A DNA stretch of 39,119 nucleotides from Candidatus Woesearchaeota archaeon (GTDB lineage Archaea > Nanobdellota > Nanobdellia > Pacearchaeales > GW2011-AR1), in contig CAZRJS010000005.1 of NCBI GenBank assembly GCA_964600565.1, forward strand, positions 1-39,119, in the 5' to 3' direction. Every line of letters starts with the position of its first letter. Positions within the stretch are counted from its first letter, which is position 1. The notes beneath the pieces were generated by a model. It was given only the letters and a program-made list of their open reading frames with translations, was not told the origin of the DNA and did no database searches. The translations under genes and the position numbers were made by a program. This document shows, one piece after another, positions 1-9,847 of this stretch.

Positions 1-34
1 TCACTTTATATTTGATTAACAAGCATACTTTATA

Positions 35-108
35 CGTCCCGAGCTGGACTCGAACCAGCGACACCATGGTTAACAGCCATGCGCTCTAACCAACTGAGCT
101 ACCGGGAC
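35..108 (-). tRNA. tRNA-Asn (anticodon GTT)
   Basis: Reverse complement of 36-108 reads GTCCCGGTAGCTCAGTTGGTTAGAGCGCATGGCTGTTAACCATGGTGTCGCTGGTTCGAGTCCAGCTCGGGAC. It has a 7-bp acceptor stem (one G-U), D arm GCTC/GAGC, anticodon stem CATGG/CCATG with loop CTGTTAA, and T arm GCTGG-TTCGAGT-CCAGC. No intron; CCA not encoded; position 35 is taken as the discriminator. Confidence 0.85.
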
Positions 109-130
109 TTAATAGAAAACAGAGATTTCT

Positions 131-140
131 CTATTTAAAA
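131..140 (-). promoter_or_regulatory. TATA-box-like element upstream of tRNA-Asn
   Basis: The minus strand reads TTTTAAATAG, ending 22 nt upstream of the tRNA 5' end. This is the spacing expected for an archaeal TATA box. Confidence 0.35.
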
Positions 141-152
141 CTTATCATATTA

Positions 153-650
153 CTATTTCAATCCCAAGTCTAAAACAGGCTTTATTTGATTTTTCTCAAG
201 ATGTGCATAAACATTTGTCTGCTTTGTACCATGAACCAGGGATATTATTGCCTCCTGAGCATTTTTTATCAACTCTGCATAACCAATTATCCCAACTAAA
301 TGCCCATTTATTTCCAAATCACATTTAGTTAAGTTGCTTATAGTTTGCTTTGTCTTACCCTGCTTACCAATTATTCTTCCTCTAATTAAATTAATATCTT
401 TTCTAGTTGTATGATCCTTAATATTTATTATTTCAAATAATTTTTCCTCATTTTTTATTGACAAAGCATCTTCAATTAAAAAACCAAAATTTATTGCATC
501 AATAACTTTTTCAGCTATATATTCCTCTTCAGGTTCTCCAGAGATATAAACTTCTTTTCCACGATTAGAAATTTTTACATTTAATTCTTTTTCAAGTCTT
601 AATTTTGATTTTAAAACTCTTGGGAGTTTATCTGAAATTATTTTCTTCAT
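153..650 (-). CDS. KH-domain RNA-binding protein (archaeal Dim2/Pno1-like)
   Basis: ATG-started 165-aa ORF with two KH-type modules and a GxxG loop (RIIGKQGKTKQTI). Size and layout resemble archaeal Dim2-type proteins. Confidence 0.65.
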   Translation of the reverse strand: MKKIISDKLPRVLKSKLRLEKELNVKISNRGKEVYISGEPEEEYIAEKVIDAINFGFLIEDALSIKNEEKLFEIINIKDHTTRKDINLIRGRIIGKQGKTKQTISNLTKCDLEINGHLVGIIGYAELIKNAQEAIISLVHGTKQTNVYAHLEKNQIKPVLDLGLK

Positions 651-700
651 AACAAAAAGAATACATAATAGTTTTTAAATAAAACTATTTTACTCTTAAT

Positions 701-1261
701 ATGAAACTTTTTATGCTAAGACATGCTCATTCTATGGGTAATGAAAAACATATTCTTGATTCAAGCAGTTCTAAATTTGACTTTGGATTATCTAAAAAAG
801 GAAAAATACAGGCGGAAAATTTAATTTTAAAATTGAATAAGTACAACTTTGATATTTTTATTATAAGCCCATTAAAAAGAACAATAGAAACAATAAAACC
901 TTTTTTAAAAACACTGCATAATCCCCAAATAATAACCAATCAATTAACCCTGGAAAGAAATGCAGGAGAATTTATTGGAAAACCAGTAACTTCAATAAAA
1001 GAATTTTATGAAAAAAATAATATCAAAAATAAAGTTTCATTTAAACCTCAAAAGGGAGAATCAATTTTAGAAGTTTATGAAAAAGCGAAAAAATTTCTTG
1101 AATTTTTAAAGAAAAATTTTGTAAATAAAAATATTTTAATTTGCGGGCATAAAAATTTTCTTATGTGTTTTGAAATTCTCCTAAGAAATAAAAATATCCA
1201 AGATTACTACTTGTTCAAACCCTTAGAAAATTCTGAAATCAAAGAATTTGAAATTAATTAA
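701..1261 (+). CDS. histidine phosphatase family protein (phosphoglycerate-mutase-like)
   Basis: Ordered motifs LRHAHS, SPLKRTIET, GES and CGHKNF match the histidine-phosphatase fold. A TTTTTAAATA box lies about 25-32 nt upstream of the ATG. Confidence 0.6.
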   Translation: MKLFMLRHAHSMGNEKHILDSSSSKFDFGLSKKGKIQAENLILKLNKYNFDIFIISPLKRTIETIKPFLKTLHNPQIITNQLTLERNAGEFIGKPVTSIKEFYEKNNIKNKVSFKPQKGESILEVYEKAKKFLEFLKKNFVNKNILICGHKNFLMCFEILLRNKNIQDYYLFKPLENSEIKEFEIN

Positions 1262-1313
1262 AAAGTAAATAAACTAATCTTTTCATTATCACAAACTCCT
1301 AATAATTTTTATA

Positions 1314-1685
1314 TTAAAACTCAACTTTTTCTTTTTTAATATAACCTTTTTTCTTTAACAAGAAAATTTGGCTTGGAGTATATTTAAATAAAATATCTCC
1401 TTTATTATTATCTAACTCCCATGGTTCAATAATAACAATATCTTCAACTCTTAACCATAATCTTCTTCTTAATCTTCCTGGAACCCTACAAATTCTTGAT
1501 TTTCCATCAAAACAACTAACAGAACTTTTATTTCCTCCAAGGCGTTGTTCTATAACCCCAATAAGCTCATTTTTTCTAGGAAGTCTGACTCTTATCTTAA
1601 TTTGTTCTTGTTCATTATCTTTAGGATTATTTTTATCTGGAATTTTTTCTGTTCTATCTTCAAATTCTTCATTTTCTCCAACCAT
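1314..1685 (-). CDS. eif1a: translation initiation factor aIF-1A
   Basis: The OB/S1 core LIGVIEQRLGGNKSSVSCFDGKSRICRVPGRLRRRLWLRVEDIVIIEPW is typical of aIF-1A/eIF-1A. Confidence 0.85.
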   Translation of the reverse strand: MVGENEEFEDRTEKIPDKNNPKDNEQEQIKIRVRLPRKNELIGVIEQRLGGNKSSVSCFDGKSRICRVPGRLRRRLWLRVEDIVIIEPWELDNNKGDILFKYTPSQIFLLKKKGYIKKEKVEF

Positions 1686-1969
1686 AAATTAAATGGGTAA
1701 AATGCATTTATAAGGGTTGAGGTAAAAAATTATAATGAAAAAGAACTTAATAAAAAGAGAAAAAAATAATTAAAAAAAAATAAAATAAGAAGAAAATTAA
1801 AAGAAATAAAAACTAAATTAATTAAAAAATAAATATTTTTAATTTACCTAAATAAAATAAGATAAAATGAGGTGTTTAATATATCCGAGAAAAAAGTTAA
1901 AGAGATTGCTGAAAAATTGTGATTATATCCTCAAAAAGCATTATTCTGCTAAATTGATTTTATTGACTA

Positions 1970-1990
1970 TAAAAAATAGGGAATCCCTTT
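1970..1990 (-). terminator. hairpin plus oligo-T, terminator-like, downstream of the DUF424-like gene
   Basis: The minus strand reads AAAGGGATTCCCT followed by ATTTTTTAT: inverted repeat AGGGA/TCCCT, then a T6 run. A similar imperfect copy (AGGGAAAAATCCTT) lies at about 2027-2041. Confidence 0.3.
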
Positions 1991-2057
1991 AAAATAAATA
2001 ATCATATTTTCTGAACTTTTATTTAGAGGGAAAAATCCTTTTAAGAAAATATTAAAC

Positions 2058-2354
2058 TCATAACAAAACCATCGCAAAGGGAATATTTTTGATTTTTTTA
2101 ACCCCCTCCTCTGTTACTAAACCGGATTGAATAGCACAATTTATAGATTTTTCTCCAATAAAATTAAAAGTTGCATCTTCTTTGGAAAAATTCTGGAGTA
2201 TTCCCAAAAGCTCCTGCTTTGAAACTTTTTCTCCATTAAAAAAATTTTCCTTAACCTCTAATTGGAAAATGTCCTCTTCAAATTTCTTTCCAAGTAAATA
2301 AGAATCACATACTGCAATAATCTCTCTATAAGATTTATGAACTTTTACTAACAT
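2058..2354 (-). CDS. DUF424-like small archaeal protein
   Basis: 98-aa ORF whose overall pattern I recall from the archaea-specific DUF424 family. This is a by-eye call only. Confidence 0.45.
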   Translation of the reverse strand: MLVKVHKSYREIIAVCDSYLLGKKFEEDIFQLEVKENFFNGEKVSKQELLGILQNFSKEDATFNFIGEKSINCAIQSGLVTEEGVKKIKNIPFAMVLL

Positions 2355-2386
2355 AATAAAAAAATAAAAAAATTTAAAATAGGATA

Positions 2387-2581
2387 TTAAAATCCTTTTT
2401 TAGCTTCTCCTGACTCTATAGCTTTTTGTGCATTCTCTTTTGACATCATTACTGCCATTGAAGTTCCACAAACAGAACATTTTCCTTTTGCCATAAAACC
2501 CCCTCTAACTGTTTGACTAATAACTGACTCATTCATATCTCTTCCTTTTTGTTTGCATTTAACACAATATCCTTTAACCAT
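2387..2581 (-). CDS. small zinc-ribbon protein (DUF5679-like)
   Basis: 64 aa with two CxxC pairs (CVKCK ... CSVCG). It resembles the small DUF5679 zinc-ribbon proteins common in reduced genomes. Confidence 0.5.
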   Translation of the reverse strand: MVKGYCVKCKQKGRDMNESVISQTVRGGFMAKGKCSVCGTSMAVMMSKENAQKAIESGEAKKGF

Positions 2582-2653
2582 TTTTTATTATCCTCCTTCT
2601 AACTTTATTTAAAATAATGTTATAAGTATTTTTAAAGATTTACATAAGGAATT

Positions 2654-3181
2654 TTAAGAGTAAAATTCTGAAATTGAAGAACATTCATAAATTTCATTAG
2701 TTGAATCTGAAATTTTACAATTTTCTCCATTAATAAAAGGGCTTATACTAACATAATCAGGAGAATTAGAAAACCCTATCACTAACAAATCAACAGAATA
2801 AACTTTTCCAGATTCTCTTTCAGGTAATTTAACTGGATTTAGATAATTACCAGATAAATATCTTAATCCATTTATTGCAATCAGATCATTAGTTAACTCA
2901 AAACTTTTTGTTTCTCCAACAGAATCTATTAAAATTATCACCTTGTCTATATCTACATCTCCTATATTTAATGAAAAATAAAACTCATTACTCGTTGAGT
3001 TATAACAAGTATATGAATTACTTAATGTTATCTTATCTTTGTTTTGAAAACAAGAACTTGCTTTTTCTGTTTCTTTGATTAAAATATCTTTTAAAAAAAA
3101 CAATACAACTGCAACAGCCATAATCACAAATAATACTAAAAACAAAGTTGCTACAATATTTGAAATGGCTCTTTTTTGCAT
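2654..3181 (-). CDS. archaeal type IV pilin-like protein (class III signal peptide)
   Basis: The N-terminus MQKRAISNIVATLFLVLFVIMAVAVVLFF has basic residues, a small residue, then a long hydrophobic helix, as in archaeal pilin N-terminal domains. Confidence 0.5.
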   Translation of the reverse strand: MQKRAISNIVATLFLVLFVIMAVAVVLFFLKDILIKETEKASSCFQNKDKITLSNSYTCYNSTSNEFYFSLNIGDVDIDKVIILIDSVGETKSFELTNDLIAINGLRYLSGNYLNPVKLPERESGKVYSVDLLVIGFSNSPDYVSISPFINGENCKISDSTNEIYECSSISEFYS

Positions 3182-3182
3182 A

Positions 3183-3602
3183 TTAATTTATCTTTCCTCT
3201 GATAGGATATTTTGCACCACAAGCAAGACAATTAATAAAAGAAATCCTTTTTTGAGGATCTTTAATTATTTCTGTATCAGGTTTTCCACATTCTTTGCAT
3301 AAAATAAAACTCTTAGCATATTGTTCTATTTTTTGGTTTATCTTCAAACTTGGAATCCTAATATTTAAAATAAGCTTATCTCCTTCTTTATACCCTGAAG
3401 TTGCAAGTTCTCTAAAAAGAAATTTCTGAAAATGCTCTGGAGCTCTTCTTATATAAGAAACAATTTGGGGGAAATTAGTCAATATTGTTTTTTTACCCTG
3501 GAAATAACCTTTAATTTTTGGAATTTCAAACCGATTGTTAGTTTTATCTACTTTCTTAATATTTTTATATGCTTCTTCTAACATCTTTTCATAATTTTCC
3601 AT
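3183..3602 (-). CDS. eif2b: translation initiation factor aIF-2 subunit beta
   Basis: Has the aIF2-beta/eIF2-beta pattern, including RFEIPK and the C-terminal zinc ribbon CKECGKPDT...CLACGA. Confidence 0.85.
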   Translation of the reverse strand: MENYEKMLEEAYKNIKKVDKTNNRFEIPKIKGYFQGKKTILTNFPQIVSYIRRAPEHFQKFLFRELATSGYKEGDKLILNIRIPSLKINQKIEQYAKSFILCKECGKPDTEIIKDPQKRISFINCLACGAKYPIRGKIN

Positions 3603-3651
3603 ATTTTAAATTCGAAATAAAAGTTTATAAAGTTTTTATATTGAATCTATT

Positions 3652-4179
3652 ATGGAAATAAAGAACATAATCCTAGGAATTGCTATTTTAATACTAACTA
3701 TGTTTGTAACTATTTATGGAATAAAAGTTATTCTTCCTAATATTGAACGTTCAGATTTTTGCGGTAAAATGGTGTATGTTCAAAATACAGAAGGAGATTG
3801 TTTAGATGTAGGAGGGGTTTGGGTAGAAAAAGATGAAAATATAGAATATGAAAAAATTCAAGTTCCTAGTAAAGAAAATTGCAAAGAGCCTCTAGGATGT
3901 TATGAAGATTATGATTCTGCTAGAGAAAAAAGAGCAAAAAAAGTATTTTATATTATGCTTCCTTTAGGAATTTTAATTTTAGTTATTGGAGGATTTTTAT
4001 TTTATCTAGATGCTGTTGGAGCTGGATTAATGGGTGGAGGAGTTGGAACAATTGTTTATGGGGCAGGAAGCTATTGGCAATACGGAGGTAATCTTTTCAG
4101 ATTTATTCTCTCTTTATTAGGATTAATAGCAGTCATATTTCTAACTTATTGGTTTAATAGAAAATTTCATAAAGAATAA
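3652..4179 (+). CDS. membrane protein, unknown function
   Basis: One N-terminal and several C-terminal hydrophobic helices, with a Gly-rich stretch GAGLMGGGVGTIVYGAGSYW. No family recognised. Confidence 0.5.
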   Translation: MEIKNIILGIAILILTMFVTIYGIKVILPNIERSDFCGKMVYVQNTEGDCLDVGGVWVEKDENIEYEKIQVPSKENCKEPLGCYEDYDSAREKRAKKVFYIMLPLGILILVIGGFLFYLDAVGAGLMGGGVGTIVYGAGSYWQYGGNLFRFILSLLGLIAVIFLTYWFNRKFHKE

Positions 4180-4186
4180 TTATTTT

Positions 4187-6070
4187 TTATTTCAATCTTA
4201 AAGTTTCAAGATTTCTTGGAACATTTGTTTCTATTCTATTTATCTTATATAATGCAGAAGATAAATCAAGACATTTTGAAACCTCTCCGTGATTAAGAAT
4301 TATTCTTTTTGGTTTAGGTTTCATATTATTAAAAAAGGATAAAATTTCATTTCTTCCTGAATGAGCACTGAAACCTTCAATTGTGTTAACCTCTAAATTT
4401 ATTTTAACATTCTCTTCTTTTCCATCAACAATCATTTTTGTCTCTTCAAGGCCATCTTGAATTTGTCTACCTAAAGAGCCAACTCCTTGATAACAAACAA
4501 AAATAACTGAATTCTTTTCATTATCTGCAAACTCTCTTAAATATTCAACTGATGCTCCTCCAACAAGCATACCACTTGTTGCCAGAACTAAACAAGGACC
4601 TCCTTCAATTACTTTTTTTCTTTCTTGAGAGGAACCTACCCTTGAAAAAATTTCTTGTGTAAAAGGATTTTTATCCTGGAAAATCTCTACTCTAACTTTG
4701 CTACTTAAAAAATCTGGATATGCTGTATGGATAGCATTAATATCCCAAATCATTCCATCAATATAAATGGGAATTTTGGGGAGCTTTCCATTTTTTATTG
4801 CATCTTGAATAACAAGCATTGTTTCCTGAGCACGACCAAGACCTAATTCAGGCACAAGAATTTTTCCTCCTCTATTAATTGTTTTTTTAATCAATTCAAT
4901 TAATTGTTCCTCTGATTGAGCTCTTGGAGGGAGAATATCTCTCTTTGAACCATAAGTTGCTTCTGTTATTACTGTTTCAACCCTTGGAAAATTAGCATTG
5001 GCAGGATCCAAAAGCCTTGATTTTCCATACTTATAATCTCCAGTATAAACAAGATTATGACAACCATTACCAATATTTAGATGTGTTATTGCTGAACCAA
5101 GAGCATGTCCAGCATTATAAAACGTTAATCTTATATCAGAGGTTACATCAGTTACCTCATTATAATTTAAACAAATACTATGTTTTACCATTTCTTTTAT
5201 ATCTGAAGAATTAAACAAGGGCTGTGCAGCTTGTTTATATGCAACTCCTATAAAATCAAGAGATAAAAGCGCAGCAATATCCCTTGTAGGAGTTGTCATA
5301 TATACTGGACCTTTATAACCCATTTTATATAAATAAGGCAATAAACCAACATGATCTAGATGAGCATGACTTATTATAACTGCATCTAATTGACTAATGT
5401 CAAATTCAGGAATATTAAAATAAGGGAATTTATCTTTTCCTTGAGATGCAACATCAACTCCGCAATCCAAAAGAACCTTTGAATCAGGGGTTTGCAGTAA
5501 AATTCCACTTCTACCAACCTGCCTTGCTCCACCTAAAAAAGTTACTCTTATCCAATTATCTCTTTTTTCATCATTAAAATCCTTATAAATTTTCTCCCCT
5601 ACTGAATTAAGAAATTTTCTTCTGTAATTATTATTTGCATAAAGAACTTCTCTTACATTCTCGGTTATTTTGCTTTTTATTGAAGGAGACCTTTGAATCT
5701 GTGGTGTCCAAATAGTTGATTTTCTTATTTCTTCAAGAATAAATCCTTGTTTTCCTATAACTAACCCTGGTTTTTTAGCTTCAATAACAACAATACTTCT
5801 TTGTTTATCAAAGATAATATTTGTTACTTCTGCATCTTTTGGAACAATTTTATTAATTTTATCAGTTGTTTCCTCTTCAGATAAAAGGATTTTTTTATCT
5901 GCTCTTAATTCAATTCTTTTCTTAATCTGATTTACAATTTCCCTAATCTTTTTTTCACCATCTTTAAAGAAGTTTTCATTATCTGTATAAAGAACAATAT
6001 TTGCTCCTTCAAAATTCGCTTCAGTAATACTCTCCCTTAATTGTTCAGTTATTTTTTTTAGAATATTCAT
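4187..6070 (-). CDS. aCPSF1 (KH-domain beta-CASP metallo-beta-lactamase ribonuclease)
   Basis: N-terminal KH modules (LVIGKQGFILEEI), the metallo-beta-lactamase motif SHAHLDHVG and a beta-CASP region. At 627 aa this is the aCPSF1 architecture. Confidence 0.85.
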   Translation of the reverse strand: MNILKKITEQLRESITEANFEGANIVLYTDNENFFKDGEKKIREIVNQIKKRIELRADKKILLSEEETTDKINKIVPKDAEVTNIIFDKQRSIVVIEAKKPGLVIGKQGFILEEIRKSTIWTPQIQRSPSIKSKITENVREVLYANNNYRRKFLNSVGEKIYKDFNDEKRDNWIRVTFLGGARQVGRSGILLQTPDSKVLLDCGVDVASQGKDKFPYFNIPEFDISQLDAVIISHAHLDHVGLLPYLYKMGYKGPVYMTTPTRDIAALLSLDFIGVAYKQAAQPLFNSSDIKEMVKHSICLNYNEVTDVTSDIRLTFYNAGHALGSAITHLNIGNGCHNLVYTGDYKYGKSRLLDPANANFPRVETVITEATYGSKRDILPPRAQSEEQLIELIKKTINRGGKILVPELGLGRAQETMLVIQDAIKNGKLPKIPIYIDGMIWDINAIHTAYPDFLSSKVRVEIFQDKNPFTQEIFSRVGSSQERKKVIEGGPCLVLATSGMLVGGASVEYLREFADNEKNSVIFVCYQGVGSLGRQIQDGLEETKMIVDGKEENVKINLEVNTIEGFSAHSGRNEILSFFNNMKPKPKRIILNHGEVSKCLDLSSALYKINRIETNVPRNLETLRLK

Positions 6071-6099
6071 TTTAAAATTCTCTTTTTATTTTTTAAATT

Positions 6100-6759
6100 T
6101 TATTGGTCTTTATACTCTGAGGAAATCTCTTGTGAAACAACCTTTTTTATTCCCTCTTTTGTTATTGTGAAAATATCAATTCCATAACCTGAACCAATAT
6201 CCCTTTGTGTTGATGATTTCAAAGCTTCTTTTGCTAATTCAATTCCTTCTTTTATAGTTATATCTTTTTTATACTGTCTTTCAAAAAGCCCTAAAACATA
6301 AGGCATACCACTTCCATAATTTGCATCATACTCTCTTACCTCTGAAATTCCTCCAGCAGGATCAATAGAAAAAAGTTCTGAAGAACCATCTTCATTTACT
6401 CCCCCAATTAAACTTCCCACCATAAATTGTAACATTGTTGGCTGTCTTATAGATTGGTAGATTATTGTCGCAGATAAATTTGCAGCTTGTTTAACTGTTG
6501 GCCTTGATTTTGACCTTAATTCTTTTAATTTTAATTCTGCTGCAACTAACTTAATAGATTTTTGAATATCTGCCACCATACCTGTTCCAGCAAAAAGAAT
6601 ATAATTATTTACTTCTTTTATTTTTTTAGAATCTTTACTCATCACTATTGTTCCTGCAGTGGATTGCCTATCTGCAGCCATTATAATTCCATCTTTGCAA
6701 ACTATTCCAAGAATAGTTGTTCCTGTTTTCAGAATTGAATTTTTTAAATCATTATCCAT
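6100..6759 (-). CDS. psmB: 20S proteasome subunit beta
   Basis: A short propeptide is followed by TGTTILGIV (active-site Thr). Length and pattern are typical of archaeal PsmB. Confidence 0.9.
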   Translation of the reverse strand: MDNDLKNSILKTGTTILGIVCKDGIIMAADRQSTAGTIVMSKDSKKIKEVNNYILFAGTGMVADIQKSIKLVAAELKLKELRSKSRPTVKQAANLSATIIYQSIRQPTMLQFMVGSLIGGVNEDGSSELFSIDPAGGISEVREYDANYGSGMPYVLGLFERQYKKDITIKEGIELAKEALKSSTQRDIGSGYGIDIFTITKEGIKKVVSQEISSEYKDQ

Positions 6760-6879
6760 TTTAATAGAATAAATCTAGAATTTCTAGTTTAGATTATTGA
6801 GAATAAAGCATATTTAAAGTTTTTGGTAAGAATGACTTTAGTGAAATCATTGATAAAACTTCTTATTTTAAGTTTAGGT

Positions 6880-7632
6880 TTATTTGCCTTCTGCACAGGT
6901 AAATACATTAAGACTATTATTTAAGAATCCGAACTTACTATCAATATACAAGCGAGCTCCATTAGTAGTGCTAGTATCAAAACAAAAATTACAATCTTTT
7001 CCTGGAGTTAAAAAGAAAAAAGTTTCCCCTGGTTCAAACTCTTGTATATGAGCTTTTTGAGTTGGAAATCCCTGAGAATTCAAAGAAGATAGTTCAGCAT
7101 AACAACTCTCATTTAAAGAATCCTCTAAAGGTTCTCTATTAGTTATAAATTTTCCTTTTTCATCTAATCCCACAACTGTCTCTAAATCCAATCCTTTAAA
7201 TCCTGAACCTTTTACAAATTTTCCATTTAACCAAACCCAACAATCATGATTTAACATATTAACATAGTCCTTTAAATTCTCTCTTTTAATTAAATCTCCA
7301 GAAGCATAATATAAAACAGATTCTTCTTTTAAAGCATCATTAACATTTTTATAATGAGGCATAAAAATTCCAGGAGTTGGAACAGTTAAACCATCTTTTA
7401 GAACTTTTTTAATTGTACCCTCTTGATTATTCCCCCCATAATTTTGTTTTATAGAAATAGCTCTTGTTGCTTTATTCCCTTCTTGAACCAAGATATAATC
7501 TGTAGGAATTATTGAAGTGGCAGTTTCGAGAAAACCCACCTTTTTTGGGAATGTATAAAGTTCTCCATTTTTTTCTACAAAAACTTCGTTTGAGGTTTTT
7601 CTAATTTTTCTCTCAATTATATTAATTGCCAT
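6880..7632 (-). CDS. hypothetical protein directly downstream of rad50
   Basis: Long ORF with no family recognised. The track start at 7650 is a GTG. The ATG at 7632 is preceded by the Shine-Dalgarno-like GGGGGTGA about 14 nt upstream, so I prefer it. Confidence 0.5.
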   Translation of the reverse strand: MAINIIERKIRKTSNEVFVEKNGELYTFPKKVGFLETATSIIPTDYILVQEGNKATRAISIKQNYGGNNQEGTIKKVLKDGLTVPTPGIFMPHYKNVNDALKEESVLYYASGDLIKRENLKDYVNMLNHDCWVWLNGKFVKGSGFKGLDLETVVGLDEKGKFITNREPLEDSLNESCYAELSSLNSQGFPTQKAHIQEFEPGETFFFLTPGKDCNFCFDTSTTNGARLYIDSKFGFLNNSLNVFTCAEGK

Positions 7633-7720
7633 TATTTTTTCACAATTCACCCCCTCTTTTAAAGATTATGTAAGTGTTAGGAATTTATAATTAATATCTT
7701 TCTATATAATTAATTGAAGT

Positions 7721-9787
7721 TTAATCAGAATAATCCCCAGAAAATTCAACCTTACTTATTCCTGCATCTTTTCTGAATTTTATAACATTTTCAACAAAAC
7801 CTTCTATTTTTGGACCATGGCTAACAATAATAAGTTGCTTTACATCAAGCTGCTGTAAAACATCACGCATTTTGTCTAATTGAGATTCACTGAAACCATC
7901 TGTAGGTTCATCTAAAATAACTAAATTTTGTGTTTTTATCTCACTTAAGACAGAATTAATCACTTGATTTAAAGCTAAACGATAGGCAAGAGCAACAGCT
8001 GTTCTCTCCCCGCCTGAAAGATAAGCATAATCAATTTCATAATCTTCTTGCTCAATAACAGGGGTAAAATCATCTTGTAAAAAAGTATTAAAAGAATCTG
8101 AAACAAGCATACAAAACCATTCATTAAAAAATTTAGAAAACTCAGATTTTAATTTAATCATAACATTTTTTTCTATAAAATAAATAAGGGAAATAAATTT
8201 CTTTAAAAGCCAATTTTCTAATTCAGAAAGATAATTTATCTTAATTTCAATCTCTTGTGTTTTTTTTATTTTTTCATCAAGTTCCTTAATCTGCTTTATA
8301 AAAAATTCTATCTCTTTTTTTAATTCAGCAATTTTTATTTCGGAATTTTTCTCTTGCCCAGAAATTTCATTAAAATTATTTTTAGTTATTTTAAAGATAT
8401 TATCAAATTTTGACATTTCCAAGATAGAACTTTTCAATTTTTCAATATGTTTATCAAGTAAATCTATATCTTTAGTAAATTCACTATTAATTTTTTTTAT
8501 ATCCTCAAGATATCTTTGTTTTTCATTAATCCCTTCCATTTTAATTTTTAAAATTTCTAATCCAGAAATTTCTTTTTCTTTAGAAAAAATAGATGAATTA
8601 ATTTCTGAAACTTGAGCTAAAATAGAATTTTTTTCTTTTGTTAATCTCTCTATTTTTTCAGAATTATCCTGAATATTTGAATCTAATTGTTTAATAACAT
8701 TTAACTTATAAATTTGGTTTACATCCTGCAAACAAGTGGGGCAAACTTCTATATAAGTAATTTTTTCCTTTATTTTTTGATTATCTTTATTTTTTAAATC
8801 AAAAGCACTTATCTTAGAAGAAATTTCAAGAATTCTTTGATTATCCATTTCTTTTTCTTTTTTATAATTTCCAATTTCTTGATTTAATCTATCTATTTTT
8901 GAAAAATCAAATTTCAACTGCTCAAGTTCTTTAATCTGGGATTCTATCTGATTAATTCTCTTTAAATTATCTGAAAAAGAATCTTTTTTAGTTAAAATCA
9001 TTATTTCTGTTTTTTCAATTTCTTGACTAAACTTATTTTTTTCCTCTATTTTTTTAGAAATTTCTGAAAGTTCTTCTTCAATCTTTTTCCTTTGTTCTCT
9101 TTTATCAAATAATTCTTTTTCAACAGAAATAAGTTCATATTTTTTTGAATCAAGTTCCTTTTCCTTTAATGATAAAAATTCTTTATCTATTTCAATATTA
9201 GATGTAAGAGCCTGTTTTATTCTTTTTTCTTCTCTTATTTTAGAAAGAACAACTGAGACATTTTCTATTATTGTTTTGTATTTATCAATTCCAAAGATAT
9301 GCCTTAATGTATTAATCCTGGTTTCAGGATCTTGGAGAATTATCTGCTTCATTTCTTCCTGAGGAGTATATACTGTAAACTTATACAAAATATTTTGTTT
9401 TTTTGAAAATTCCATTGGATAATTTAATAACTCCAGAACTAAATTCTTCAATTCTGTGACAGAAATTTCTTTTTTCTCTCCATCTATTGAAATAGAGCAG
9501 AAACTTTGAGAGATTGTCTTTCCTTTCTTCAAAACTCTCTCAATAATTATATCTTTATCATTTATCTCAAATTCCAAAATAACCTTCCCTTCATTTTTAC
9601 TATTCCTTAATAAAGAAGAGCCTCTCTGTCCAGGTTGTAATCCAAATAAAGCAAATTCTATTCCTAAAAGAACTGATGTTTTTCCTGAGCCTATATCTCC
9701 AGATAATAAAATAGAACCTTCTGGAAATTCTATTTCTTGAAATTCATAACTTCTTATATTTTCAAGGATTATTTTTTTCAATATCAT
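7721..9787 (-). CDS. rad50: DNA double-strand break repair ATPase Rad50
   Basis: Walker A GDIGSGKTS, a long K/E-rich coiled coil with the zinc hook CPTC in the middle, signature LSGGERTAVALAYRLAL and Walker B LVILDEPT. Confidence 0.85.
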   Translation of the reverse strand: MILKKIILENIRSYEFQEIEFPEGSILLSGDIGSGKTSVLLGIEFALFGLQPGQRGSSLLRNSKNEGKVILEFEINDKDIIIERVLKKGKTISQSFCSISIDGEKKEISVTELKNLVLELLNYPMEFSKKQNILYKFTVYTPQEEMKQIILQDPETRINTLRHIFGIDKYKTIIENVSVVLSKIREEKRIKQALTSNIEIDKEFLSLKEKELDSKKYELISVEKELFDKREQRKKIEEELSEISKKIEEKNKFSQEIEKTEIMILTKKDSFSDNLKRINQIESQIKELEQLKFDFSKIDRLNQEIGNYKKEKEMDNQRILEISSKISAFDLKNKDNQKIKEKITYIEVCPTCLQDVNQIYKLNVIKQLDSNIQDNSEKIERLTKEKNSILAQVSEINSSIFSKEKEISGLEILKIKMEGINEKQRYLEDIKKINSEFTKDIDLLDKHIEKLKSSILEMSKFDNIFKITKNNFNEISGQEKNSEIKIAELKKEIEFFIKQIKELDEKIKKTQEIEIKINYLSELENWLLKKFISLIYFIEKNVMIKLKSEFSKFFNEWFCMLVSDSFNTFLQDDFTPVIEQEDYEIDYAYLSGGERTAVALAYRLALNQVINSVLSEIKTQNLVILDEPTDGFSESQLDKMRDVLQQLDVKQLIIVSHGPKIEGFVENVIKFRKDAGISKVEFSGDYSD

Positions 9788-9847
9788 TTTAAATTAATGA
9801 AATGTAAATTGAGATATATATAAAATTAGTTGTAGTAAAAATCTATA

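Noticed and set aside
1686-1960. Very A-rich ~370-nt spacer upstream of aIF-1A, considered as a possible replication origin or DNA unwinding element.
   Set aside because: I could not find repeated origin-recognition-box-like motifs, and no orc1/cdc6 gene is adjacent. A-richness alone is the background state here, and the only clear structure is a terminator-like hairpin.
6868-6882. Exact 15-mer TTAAGTTTAGGTTTA shared with 33834-33848.
   Set aside because: A rough estimate for this base composition and window size predicts on the order of ten exact 15-mer coincidences by chance. There is no extended similarity around it.
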